From a virus (Duplodnaviria > Caudoviricetes), in IMG/VR virus record IMGVR_UViG_3300032320_000871, positions 1 through 38,022 of that record: DNA of 38,022 bases; one strand, given 5' to 3'. The notes beneath the pieces are model-generated. The model did no database searches, was not told the DNA's origin, and worked only from the letters and a program-made list of their open reading frames with translations. Of this stretch, positions 1 to 8,780 are shown piece after piece (position 1 is the stretch's first letter; every line of letters begins with the position of its first letter). The position numbers were made by a program, and so were the translations under genes.

Positions 1-123
1 TATAGCTTACTATACTGATGGCGTAGCTCTACAGACTATCACTGTCTATCCTACAGGTAGCGGTAAAGTCATTCAGACAGGGTACGAGACTGAAGTAAAA
101 GGTTACTTATTAAGTATCCAGAA
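1..123. repeat. Terminal direct repeat (assembly circularisation overlap), left copy
   Basis: 1-123 is identical to 37900-38022 and lies inside a coding frame that continues across the join. Confidence 0.97.
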
Positions 124-160
124 GCTTGAAATTCACGCGAAAAATGGTAAAATAGCGTAA
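1..160 (+). CDS. 3' end of tail nozzle/stabilisation protein (continues from 36515 across the join)
   Basis: Frame from ATG 36515 reads ...GYLLSIQKLEIHAKNGKIA* and stops at TAA 158-160. Confidence 0.85.
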   Translation, partial: IAYYTDGVALQTITVYPTGSGKVIQTGYETEVKGYLLSIQKLEIHAKNGKIA

Positions 161-179
161 TAGGAAAGATGCACACAAA

Positions 180-1436
180 ATGACAGACTACACAAAAAGT
201 ACGAACTTTGCTTCAAAGGATTCCCTCTCACCGGGCAGTGCTTTAAAGATTGTTCGCGGTACTGAGATCGATACCGAGTTTAACAACATTGCCACAGCAG
301 TTGCGACTAAGGCTAACTCTAGCGATGTAACGTCTTCCTTAGCAACTAAGGCTGACTTAGCTAGTCCAGCTTTAACAGGAAACCCTACAGCTCCTACGCC
401 TACAGCAGGTGACAATGACACATCTATTGCCACTACAGCTTTTGTGACTACAGCAGTGGCTGCTCTAGGTTATCCAGCATTCAAAAACCGCATCATCAAT
501 GGTGCGATGATGATTGACCAGCGTAATGCGGGGGCTAGTATCAGCGTTACAGGCACAGGTTTTCCAGTAGATCGTTTCTACATTAATGCAAACTCATTTG
601 GCGTAATTTCTGGACAACGCAGCACAACTGCGCCAACAGGATTTATTAATAGTACGTTGATGACTGTTACTACGGCGCGTAGTTCTATAGCTGCTAGTGA
701 TGTCTACGGAATCCGTCAAACCATTGAGGGTTTTAATACCGCAGATTTAGGTTGGGGTACAGCATCTGCACAAGCAGTAACCTTATCGTTTTGGGTTCGT
801 TCTAGCATCACAGGCACTTACGCAGTTTCTTTTTTCAACACTGCTTTCAACCGCAGCTATGTCGCTACCTACACTATCAACGCAGCAAACACTTACGAGT
901 ACAAAACGATAACGCTTGCTGGCGATACAACAGGAACTTGGGGTACTGACAACACAGGTGGTATCAGTGTGTTTTGGGATTTAGGGTCTGGCTCAGATTT
1001 TCAAGCGACAGCAAATACTTGGGTTGCGGCAGGTGATCTTAGGACTTCTGGGTCTGCCAACTGGATTTCTACAAACGGAGCCACCTTCTACATCACAGGT
1101 GTACAACTAGAAAAAGGCAGCACAGCCACATCGTTTGACTACCGCCCGTATGGTACTGAGTTGGCTTTGTGTCAGCGGTATTATTGGAAACCTGCAACTG
1201 AGCCTATTGGACTAGCTGCAACAGGCTTTGGAGCTGGAGGTAGATTGAATAATCCTGTACCTATGCGTTCTGCTGCAACTATTTCAGGTGCGACATTTAG
1301 CGTAAATACAGGTTCTGCTGGAACGGTTACATCGCTCTATCAAACAGTCAATGGTCAAATTGTCTATAACTCGGCAAATAACTGGACAACCAATGCTGCT
1401 GTTTCTGTAAATGGTGAAGTTTCTTCGGAGCTATAA
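180..1436 (+). CDS. Tail fibre / receptor-binding protein
   Basis: N-terminal particle-attachment-like segment (KIVRGTEIDTEFNNIATA), SPALTGNPTAPT repeat, KNRIINGAMMIDQRN and ITGVQLEKGSTATSFDYRPYGTELALCQRYY motifs typical of phage fibres; follows the nozzle gene. Confidence 0.8.
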   Translation: MTDYTKSTNFASKDSLSPGSALKIVRGTEIDTEFNNIATAVATKANSSDVTSSLATKADLASPALTGNPTAPTPTAGDNDTSIATTAFVTTAVAALGYPAFKNRIINGAMMIDQRNAGASISVTGTGFPVDRFYINANSFGVISGQRSTTAPTGFINSTLMTVTTARSSIAASDVYGIRQTIEGFNTADLGWGTASAQAVTLSFWVRSSITGTYAVSFFNTAFNRSYVATYTINAANTYEYKTITLAGDTTGTWGTDNTGGISVFWDLGSGSDFQATANTWVAAGDLRTSGSANWISTNGATFYITGVQLEKGSTATSFDYRPYGTELALCQRYYWKPATEPIGLAATGFGAGGRLNNPVPMRSAATISGATFSVNTGSAGTVTSLYQTVNGQIVYNSANNWTTNAAVSVNGEVSSEL

Positions 1437-1598
1437 ATGTATAAACAACTGAAAGATATGTTCGGTAATGATGTGAACACTGTACTGCGTATTGTAGACA
1501 ATGCCTTCATCCCCTTTGACCCCGCCAACACAGACTACCAAGCCTATTTGAAATGGTTGGAAGAAGGCAACACGCCTGAACCTGCTGACGAACAGTAA
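1437..1598 (+). CDS. Small tail-fibre-associated protein (53 aa, possible chaperone); not in ORF track
   Basis: MYKQLKDMFG...IPFDPANTDYQAYLKWLEEGNTPEPADEQ*; this motif commonly follows such fibres; fills the gap exactly. Confidence 0.8.
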   Translation: MYKQLKDMFGNDVNTVLRIVDNAFIPFDPANTDYQAYLKWLEEGNTPEPADEQ

Positions 1599-1600
1599 CA

Positions 1601-1888
1601 ATGAAAACACCTGTAGTACTACGAGATAACTACATTATGTACTTGGAACTATACGATGATCTTCTATGGTTCCATACAGATGTTAAGAAGTGGTCTATAG
1701 AGATTAAGAGAAACTTTAAAAGCGATCTCTACAAATTATTAGATCTAGTTGGAATGCCTTTAATAGCCTTCGTGCAAAAAGACAACAAGAAACTAGCTAA
1801 GTTCGGTAAGACCTTAGGGTGGACAAAAAAGGAAACAGTTATGAAAGACGGAAACGTGACAGGCTATATTTACGGATTGGGGTACTAA
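1601..1888 (+). CDS. Hypothetical protein, possibly GNAT-like fold (position of T7 gp13-type gene)
   Basis: 95 aa; NKKLAKFGKTLGW resembles the GNAT C-terminal motif; lies just before the ejection genes. Confidence 0.5.
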   Translation: MKTPVVLRDNYIMYLELYDDLLWFHTDVKKWSIEIKRNFKSDLYKLLDLVGMPLIAFVQKDNKKLAKFGKTLGWTKKETVMKDGNVTGYIYGLGY

Positions 1889-1890
1889 AA

Positions 1891-2829
1891 ATGGGTGACA
1901 TAATTAACTCAACAGCTGACCTATTCGGTCTAGGCCCTGCGAGTAAACAAGCTGAGGCAACTACATCGGCTGCTCGTACTTCTGCTGATGCTCAGTTAGC
2001 TGCTGCTCAGATGGCTGCTGAAGCTGCTCGTTTCCGTCCTGTAGGGGTAACATCACGTTTCGGAGCTTCTCAGTTCGGATTTGATCCATCAGGGGCGCTA
2101 TCTAGTGCTAGTTATACCTTATCGCCTGAGCTTCAACGATACCAAGAATATCTCTCAGGTCAGACACAAGCAGGTTTAGGTGACACATCGAGACTGTTAA
2201 GCTTAGGTAGACAGTATATCTCTGAGACTCCTCAAGAAGTAGCTCAGAAGTACATGGCTAGTCAACAAGCTCTGTTGGCTCCTAGTCGTGAACAACAATC
2301 AGCTAACTTGATGAATCAACTGAGTAACACAGGTCGTACAGGCTTGTCAGTCGCTCAAGGTGGTAGCTTAGGTATGGCTAACCCTGAGTATCAAGCTCTA
2401 GCGAATGCTCGTGCCATGCAAGACCTCCAGTTAGCTGCTGGTGCTCAACAGGCCGGACAACAACAACTAGCTTTCGGTCAAGGCTTATTGTCTAGTGCTT
2501 ATAGCCCATTCCAGACATCGTTAGGGTTGATGGGTACAGTGGAAGGCTTAGGTCAAGATGCTCTGACAATGGGTTCTAACTTAGGTGGTAGGTCTATGCA
2601 AGGCGGCTCTACAGCGGCTAATGCTCTGTTGCAAGGCGGTACTAACGCAGCTAATACAATGTTCAGAGCTAACTCCTTGAGTCCTTTCGCTTCAGGTCTG
2701 TCTGGCTTTGCTAAGTCCCCCTTTGGACAAGCTGCTGATCAAGCCCTTATCGATTATGGTCGAGGTTTGTTTGGCACAAGTGCTTCACCCTATGGAACTG
2801 CCTCAGATTATGGCAACATCTTAGCTTAA
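1891..2829 (+). CDS. Internal virion / DNA ejection protein
   Basis: A/Q/G/S-rich helical sequence; podovirus ejection-gene position; ATG 1891 preferred over the track GTG 1819. Confidence 0.65.
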   Translation: MGDIINSTADLFGLGPASKQAEATTSAARTSADAQLAAAQMAAEAARFRPVGVTSRFGASQFGFDPSGALSSASYTLSPELQRYQEYLSGQTQAGLGDTSRLLSLGRQYISETPQEVAQKYMASQQALLAPSREQQSANLMNQLSNTGRTGLSVAQGGSLGMANPEYQALANARAMQDLQLAAGAQQAGQQQLAFGQGLLSSAYSPFQTSLGLMGTVEGLGQDALTMGSNLGGRSMQGGSTAANALLQGGTNAANTMFRANSLSPFASGLSGFAKSPFGQAADQALIDYGRGLFGTSASPYGTASDYGNILA

Positions 2830-2854
2830 TCACACAAGAAAGATACTTAATTAT

Positions 2855-4087
2855 ATGGCAACAGATTCTATAATGGGTTTATTCACTACTCCCGAACAAT
2901 ACCAACAAGCTCAACGACAACAAGTACAAGCTCAATTAGCTCAAGAAGCTTCGATGGATCCTTATCAGCGAGTTAACTACTTGGCTGGTATGTCAGGTTA
3001 TGGTCTAGGTAAGCTTGCTGGTGGCGTGTTAGGTACTCAAGACCCTATGTTGAAGATGCAGTCGTTTCGTCAACAAGTCTTACAAGGCGTAGACCAAACA
3101 GATCCTCAGAGTTTAGCTCAGGCTTCTTATGCTTTGAACCGTGAAGGTGACACAGCAGGTGCTCGTCAGTTAGCTCAGTTGGCTCAAGAAGCTGCTTTGA
3201 AACAGTCTCAGATCACTAAGAATATGCGTGAAGGCCGCGCAGCAGCTAATAAAGTTGTTGAGGCTGATGGACGACAGTATTTGGTTAATACCGTTACAGG
3301 TGAAAGAATTGCTGACCTTGGTGCTGCGGCTAATAAGGGCGCTAATATCAAAGAAATTGGTGTTGCTGAAGGTACTCGCCAGCCTGTTTATTTTGATGTT
3401 GGTACAGACACTCAGTTTGTTATAGGCAAAGATGCTTCAGGCAACCAAGTACGGATGCCGTTTAGTGGAGGTGTTGACCGTACTACAGCTAAGACAAATG
3501 TGGGCGTTAAATTACCTGAAGGTGAGTCTGAGTTTGTTAAACGTCTTGGTGCTAAAGATGCTGACCGTGTTGATGCAGCTATTACAACTCGTGACACAGC
3601 AGTATCTTCATTGAATTCATTAAACAAGCTTGCTACGTTGCCAGCAGACCAGTTAATTTCAGGTCAGTTTGCTACAGGTCGCGTAGGCGCCACAAACCTT
3701 TTGGCAACTTTAGGTCTTGCTTCTCCAGCAGATGTTACTCGTCTTTCCACTAGCCAACAATACCAAAAAGTTGCAGGGGACGTTATTTTGCAGACATTGG
3801 GTGGCAAGTTGGGTTCTGGTTTCTCTAACGCTGATCGTGAATTTATTCAAGGTTTGATTCCTCAGCTTGAGACTGATCCTGAAGCTCGTCGTAAACTTAT
3901 CCAATTTATGCAGAACAAGAATCAAGAGATTGTTCAAGAAACAATTCGTCTTGAAGACTACGCACGTACTAATAAAGGTTTGAAAGGATACGTTCCAAAG
4001 ATTCCTCTGTCAGTTCAGCCAAGTAACCCTAGCGCAGCATCTGGCATGACAACAGAACAACTCAAAGCTATTGCAGGAATTAAATAA
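2855..4087 (+). CDS. Internal virion / DNA ejection protein
   Basis: 410 aa, Q/A-rich; GSGFSNADREFI motif typical of ejection proteins; synteny. Confidence 0.6.
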   Translation: MATDSIMGLFTTPEQYQQAQRQQVQAQLAQEASMDPYQRVNYLAGMSGYGLGKLAGGVLGTQDPMLKMQSFRQQVLQGVDQTDPQSLAQASYALNREGDTAGARQLAQLAQEAALKQSQITKNMREGRAAANKVVEADGRQYLVNTVTGERIADLGAAANKGANIKEIGVAEGTRQPVYFDVGTDTQFVIGKDASGNQVRMPFSGGVDRTTAKTNVGVKLPEGESEFVKRLGAKDADRVDAAITTRDTAVSSLNSLNKLATLPADQLISGQFATGRVGATNLLATLGLASPADVTRLSTSQQYQKVAGDVILQTLGGKLGSGFSNADREFIQGLIPQLETDPEARRKLIQFMQNKNQEIVQETIRLEDYARTNKGLKGYVPKIPLSVQPSNPSAASGMTTEQLKAIAGIK

Positions 4088-6540
4088 TGGCTGAAATCAG
4101 TAAAAGAGATGCAGAAGAGGAACTTCGTCGTCGAGGTATCCTCACAGGAGGTACTCGTAGCGTACTAGAACAACCTGAACAGACGACCTCTTTAGAGGAA
4201 GTTAAACGCTTTACTCAGTCTTTGTTAAAAGGCTCTGCTAAGGGAATTATTGATTTGGTGGGTGGTTACGGTAATCTGTATGACTACATCAAGAAAAACC
4301 CTGAACCTAGCGGCTTGTCTAGTCGAGGTATTGTAAACGCTATCTCTAATCTAGGCGGCCCTGACTTGATGAAACTTCAAGGCTACAAAGGTGCTTACGA
4401 CATTGGACAAGCAGGTGCTCCTGCGGCTTTGATGGGTGCAGTAATGCCAGCGGGTAGTCTATTCTCAGGCACTACAGGTACAGCAGCTCGTGCGGGTAAA
4501 GAGTTTGCAGCTGGCGGCACTATTGGCTTATTAGGTCAACAAGTTGCTCCTGAGAGTCCTTATGCTCAACTGACTTTACAGACACTTCCATACTTGGTCA
4601 AAGGTGGCATCAGTGGTTTGAAAGAACGTAAGCAGCAACAACTGTTGAACGAATATAAGAGCCTACTTCCTGAGAAAGATCTGGGCATCTTCAATGACTT
4701 TGTGCTAAAAGGCCAAGGTTCTACTGATCCTGCTATTGCTGCTGATATTGCTCGTCTGACTCGTTCTCCTAAGTATTTGGAGATGGTTACAGCGTTGAAC
4801 GAAGGCGCTACAGTTAAAGCTTTGCAAGGCATGGCCCCTAAAGGCTCTCCTTTGACTCCTGAGCAATCTAAGACAGGGATTATTCAAGCTATTCAGAATA
4901 AACTTGCAGGTATCCGTGAGAGCAATGCTGATAGTTTGTTTGAGAAAGCTAAAGGCTATGGTGCAGGTCAAGGGCTTGTGGATTCTTCACAGACAGTTGC
5001 AAAAATTGATGGGTTAATTAATCGTTATTCAGCTCAATCGACACCTAATGCAGAACGCGCTGTTCAAGTACTTCAGAGCATTCGAGACCGTTTAGCTCCT
5101 TCGTTTATGACTGAAGGCGGTGGAGGCACAACTGTTACTCGTGCGGGTACTCCTGATATTAATATTCCCGGAAGCAAGGGATATACTATTAATGAAACAG
5201 GTCAACCGTCTAGAACAACTCAAGGCGCTCCAGCACGTACAGTTACCGAAGAAGTGGTTGTTACTAAAACTGACGCATTGGGTATGCCTTACCAGACTAC
5301 GGAAATACGTACTCGACAAGTGCCAGCTGTGCCTTCATTTACAGAAGCAGGTTCACAAGGACGTACAATCAATGTTCCCGGATCTGCTGGAACAACTATT
5401 GCTGGTACGCCTGATGTAAACATGAATATACCGGGTGCTAATCCTTACCGTATTCAACAAGGCCCTCGTAAGCTTACAGTTGAAGAAGTTCAAGGTTTAT
5501 TGTCTGAGTTTGGTAAGAAGGCTTCCGCTGGTGATAACTTGATTAAAGACTTGTCTATCAGCGATGAGCGTATCATCTCTAGCGCCATCTTTGGCGGTTT
5601 AAAAGACGATATGGCTACAGCTTTGAAGGGAGCCACAGGTTCAGATAAAGCTGCTTTAAATCTCCTCAATACAGCCCGTGAGCGTGTCGCTAAGGCAAGT
5701 ACAGCTTATAACGAAGCTATCTCTCAAGGTATGCCTTCGTTCTTGCACAATAAGTCTTTGGCTGAGATTTCCCCTGAGGATCTCTATAAGACATACATGG
5801 GTCTAACTCCTGCTCAACGTGGTACTATGCGCTCATGGGTAGGCTCGACCGATCAAGCTGCTTTGGATGTCTTGGATAAGCAGGTATTCACTGACTTTGT
5901 GAACCAAGCTAAGAAGACTAATAACCTCGGTGTTGAGACAGTGGACTTGGCTTCCTTAGCTCAAAACTGGAGAGCCTTGGAGAAAATCCCCGGCGCTCAA
6001 GATGCCTTGGTGACTGCTTTAGGCACTAATGCTTCTGAGTTTGGTCAGCGCATGAAGGATGCTGAGTTATTCACTCGTAAGATGTCAGTATCTCAAGCTG
6101 CTCCTGATCAAGCCTTCACACCTGCTCAAGTACGTGAGACACAAGCTGCTATTGGCGGTGTTGCTGGTTATGGCCCTGCTAAGATTGGTCAGCTTGCAAT
6201 GGATACTCTGAATACAATAACAAATACTGGTCTATCTGAAGAGCAGTTAATGAAAGTATTGTTGACCGATTCAGGTAAGAACTTCTTGAAGTCAGCTTCC
6301 TTGTCTCCTCGTTCAGAGAAGGCTCTAACGGACTTGATGGCTGTCGATCAAACTCCTTTGGAAGCTCTAGGTAAATTTGCTGTGGGAACTGCGGCTCGTT
6401 TAGGCCCTCGTATTGGCGCAGCAGAACAACCGATGATGGCCCCAACTGAGACTATGGTTCAACAACCACAAGAGCAGCCTCAAATTACTCCAGAGCAAGC
6501 TTTGGAAGAATTGAAGGCTCGTGGTATCCCTGTGCAGTAA
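4087..6540 (+). CDS. Large internal virion / DNA ejection protein
   Basis: 817 aa helical protein, translationally coupled (TAATG); third gene of the ejection cluster. Confidence 0.6.
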   Translation: MAEISKRDAEEELRRRGILTGGTRSVLEQPEQTTSLEEVKRFTQSLLKGSAKGIIDLVGGYGNLYDYIKKNPEPSGLSSRGIVNAISNLGGPDLMKLQGYKGAYDIGQAGAPAALMGAVMPAGSLFSGTTGTAARAGKEFAAGGTIGLLGQQVAPESPYAQLTLQTLPYLVKGGISGLKERKQQQLLNEYKSLLPEKDLGIFNDFVLKGQGSTDPAIAADIARLTRSPKYLEMVTALNEGATVKALQGMAPKGSPLTPEQSKTGIIQAIQNKLAGIRESNADSLFEKAKGYGAGQGLVDSSQTVAKIDGLINRYSAQSTPNAERAVQVLQSIRDRLAPSFMTEGGGGTTVTRAGTPDINIPGSKGYTINETGQPSRTTQGAPARTVTEEVVVTKTDALGMPYQTTEIRTRQVPAVPSFTEAGSQGRTINVPGSAGTTIAGTPDVNMNIPGANPYRIQQGPRKLTVEEVQGLLSEFGKKASAGDNLIKDLSISDERIISSAIFGGLKDDMATALKGATGSDKAALNLLNTARERVAKASTAYNEAISQGMPSFLHNKSLAEISPEDLYKTYMGLTPAQRGTMRSWVGSTDQAALDVLDKQVFTDFVNQAKKTNNLGVETVDLASLAQNWRALEKIPGAQDALVTALGTNASEFGQRMKDAELFTRKMSVSQAAPDQAFTPAQVRETQAAIGGVAGYGPAKIGQLAMDTLNTITNTGLSEEQLMKVLLTDSGKNFLKSASLSPRSEKALTDLMAVDQTPLEALGKFAVGTAARLGPRIGAAEQPMMAPTETMVQQPQEQPQITPEQALEELKARGIPVQ

Positions 6541-7274
6541 TGCCTCTAATAATCCTTGCTGGTGCTCTCAAGGCTGTTGAGGCTATCCAGCAGGGATGTG
6601 AGCTTTACAAAGAATATAAAGGTGTAGTCCTTAAAGCTAAGGAGACCTTTGATGAGGCTAAAGAGCACGTAGAAGAAGTAGTAGGTCTATGGGAGTTCAT
6701 TAAGAGTAAGCTGTTTCCGTCACCGGAGCCTGATAAGCCTGTTACGCCGGAAACACCATCTAAGCCTCCTACTGAAGTTATAAAGAAGCCTAGTAAACGA
6801 AGCATAGTAGAGACACATAGTGAACAAGACATTAAAGCTGATCTCATCAAGAACTTGAAGATCTTCTTTAAAGCGATGATAGCTATGAGGAAGAAGATAA
6901 CTGATCAGCAATTAAGGATAGATACTCAATACATTGAGCCTGATGAGCTACTAGACATATCCTTAGATCACGTAGTGGCTATGAAGGAGATGGAGAAGCT
7001 ACAGAAGGAGATCAGGGAGATCATGGTCTACCAAAGCCCTGCTGAGTTAGGTGCTCTGTATAGCGATGTAGTTGAGATGTTCGGGATAGTGCAAGAGAAG
7101 CAAGAAATAACGCACTTATTGTCGATAAAGAATAGAAAAGAAGAAGTATTAAAGAAACAACGCCTTATCGCTAAGGTAAGGAAACGTATAGCACTGGTCG
7201 TAGTGATGATTATATTGGTATTGGAAATATGGGGACTAACAGCAGCGATTCTTCTAGCGAGACACTCTACGTAA
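6540..7274 (+). CDS. Coiled-coil membrane protein in lysis region, unknown function
   Basis: 244 aa; charged coiled-coil body with a C-terminal hydrophobic helix (IALVVVMIILVLEIWGLTAAILL). Confidence 0.7.
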   Translation: MPLIILAGALKAVEAIQQGCELYKEYKGVVLKAKETFDEAKEHVEEVVGLWEFIKSKLFPSPEPDKPVTPETPSKPPTEVIKKPSKRSIVETHSEQDIKADLIKNLKIFFKAMIAMRKKITDQQLRIDTQYIEPDELLDISLDHVVAMKEMEKLQKEIREIMVYQSPAELGALYSDVVEMFGIVQEKQEITHLLSIKNRKEEVLKKQRLIAKVRKRIALVVVMIILVLEIWGLTAAILLARHST

Positions 7275-7378
7275 GCTTCCTAGTGCTGCTTACTCTACTG
7301 TTTTGCATCATCTTACCTTTTGAACTCTATTTATACATTATCGTAAAGGACGCTGTAGCGGCGTGTAAACCAGTATGA
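7229..7378 (+). CDS. Small single-TM protein (49 aa); not in ORF track
   Basis: MGTNSSDSSSETLYVSFLVLLTLLFCIILPFELYLYIIVKDAVAACKPV*; its TGA overlaps the next ATG (ATGA). Confidence 0.6.
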   Translation: MGTNSSDSSSETLYVSFLVLLTLLFCIILPFELYLYIIVKDAVAACKPV

Positions 7379-7830
7379 ACGAACTAATGAATCTTTTAAA
7401 GTCAGCAGCACCTGCTCTGGCTACTGCCGTAGGTGGCCCTCTAGGTGGTATGGCTATGAACGCTATTGCCGCTAAATTAGGCGTTGAAGCTACTCCTAGT
7501 GCAGTCACTCAAGCTCTCAAAGACAATCCTGAGTTAGCTGCGAAGCTCAAGGAGATCGACTGTAAAGAGTACGAAATTGAACAGACTAACCTCACTGAGC
7601 GCATGAAGGCTGATATGTCTTCTGACTCATGGTTGTCTAAGAACATCCGTCCTATGGTTCTCATCTTCTTGTTGGTTGCTTATAGTGGTTTCGCTATAGC
7701 TTCCATCTTTGAATATGAGACTCGTGGGGCTTATGTGGAGCTGTTAGGTCAATGGGGTATGTTGGTTATGTCCTTCTACTTCGGTGGCAGAACGATGGAA
7801 AAACTAGCTGATAAGGTAGCTAAGAAATGA
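7375..7830 (+). CDS. Holin-like protein (GTA-type 3TM holin-like family)
   Basis: APALATAVGGPLGG N-terminus, SDSWLSKNIRP motif, hydrophobic helices ending in FYFGGR; upstream of the endolysin. Confidence 0.7.
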   Translation: MNELMNLLKSAAPALATAVGGPLGGMAMNAIAAKLGVEATPSAVTQALKDNPELAAKLKEIDCKEYEIEQTNLTERMKADMSSDSWLSKNIRPMVLIFLLVAYSGFAIASIFEYETRGAYVELLGQWGMLVMSFYFGGRTMEKLADKVAKK

Positions 7831-8069
7831 AAGAACAAGTTATATTTGAAATTGCAAGGATGATCGCTAGGACTCTAGCTTTCGTTATGGTCGCTATGAC
7901 CGTGACATTGTTAGGTGGTTTATTCATGCCTAATGCTGTTATCGACAATAAGGACATCTTCCCAATTATCGCTCCTGCATTCTCAACGATTGTCGGTGGC
8001 TTTATCGGCTGGCTTGCAGCTATCAAAATGAACGGTGACGAGGAGAAGACAAATGACCCAACTATCTGA
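7827..8069 (+). CDS. Small two-TM membrane protein (lysis accessory?)
   Basis: 80 aa with two hydrophobic segments; lies between holin-like gene and endolysin. Confidence 0.65.
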   Translation: MKEQVIFEIARMIARTLAFVMVAMTVTLLGGLFMPNAVIDNKDIFPIIAPAFSTIVGGFIGWLAAIKMNGDEEKTNDPTI

Positions 8070-8508
8070 GCACTTTACTCTTGAGGAGGCTACCTACAGT
8101 GAAACTGCTGTACGTCAAGGCATCGACAACCAACCTTCTACTGTCCAACTTGAGAACATGAAGATCGCAGCTCAGAAGCTTGAGCAACTGAGAGCCGTCA
8201 CTGGCCCTCTGCGTATCAATTCATGGTTGCGTCTACCAGCTGTTAACGTGGCTGTTGGAGGCTCTAAAGTCTCCTCACACATGGATGGTTGGGCTATCGA
8301 TGTCTCCAGCTCTAAGCTGACTCCGTATCAGTTGTGTCAGGAAGTCAAGAAGGCGGGTATCAAGTTCGATCAGATCATTCATGAGTTTGGTCGCTGGATG
8401 CACATCAGCTTCGCTCCTGAGATGAGACAACAAGAACTGACTATCTTCCGTCCGGAGAATAAATACAAAGCAGGTATCCTCACTGAAGAGGAATATCACA
8501 AAGCCTAA
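8053..8508 (+). CDS. Endolysin, peptidase M15A-like (Zn D-Ala-D-Ala peptidase fold)
   Basis: LSEHFTLEE, INSWLR, VGGSKVSSHMDGWAID and WMHISF motifs; SD GAGGAG before ATG 8053. Confidence 0.85.
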   Translation: MTQLSEHFTLEEATYSETAVRQGIDNQPSTVQLENMKIAAQKLEQLRAVTGPLRINSWLRLPAVNVAVGGSKVSSHMDGWAIDVSSSKLTPYQLCQEVKKAGIKFDQIIHEFGRWMHISFAPEMRQQELTIFRPENKYKAGILTEEEYHKA

Positions 8509-8541
8509 AAAGAAAGCCCCTTGTGAGGGGCTTCTTAGTTT
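8507..8541. terminator. Bidirectional intrinsic terminator where the two arms converge
   Basis: AAAAAG-AAGCCCCT-TGTG-AGGGGCTT-CTTAGTTT; GC stem with an A tract on one side and a T-rich tract on the other. Confidence 0.85.
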
Positions 8542-8694
8542 CTATACGAAGAGGATTGCCATTGTGAAGAATCCTAGATGTATCAGGATAGCGTTAGCCA
8601 TCTCGTACACATCTTCGTCAGTCTCAACAACAGCTTGCTCAGTGTGGTTAATACCGACTACAAAGCCTCCAGACCATGAGAAGTCTACTATCAT
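8542..8694 (-). CDS. Hypothetical protein (50 aa); not in ORF track
   Basis: MIVDFSWSGGFVVGINHTEQAVVETDEDVYEMANAILIHLGFFTMAILFV*; SD GGAGG; coupled to the upstream stop. Confidence 0.7.
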   Translation of the reverse strand: MIVDFSWSGGFVVGINHTEQAVVETDEDVYEMANAILIHLGFFTMAILFV

Positions 8695-8780
8695 TACCAG
8701 TGCCTCCAAGTGTTAGCAATTATGTGAGCGCAGGTGATCATCTCGACCACCCGCATGAGTATAATTACCTTAGAAGGCAA
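8694..8780 (-). CDS. Tiny hypothetical protein (~28 aa, TTG start; alternative ATG 8756)
   Basis: MPSKVIILMRVVEMITCAHIIANTWRHW*; fills the gap after RNR and is TAATG-coupled to the next gene. Confidence 0.45.
   Translation of the reverse strand: MPSKVIILMRVVEMITCAHIIANTWRHW

Noticed and set aside
1-123. 123-bp end repeat as a biological terminal repeat
   Set aside because: It lies inside the nozzle gene, which reads straight through; this is typical of an assembler overlap
5110-5466. Intein or intron in the ejection protein
   Set aside because: No C/S...HN splice junctions or endonuclease motifs; the frame is continuous
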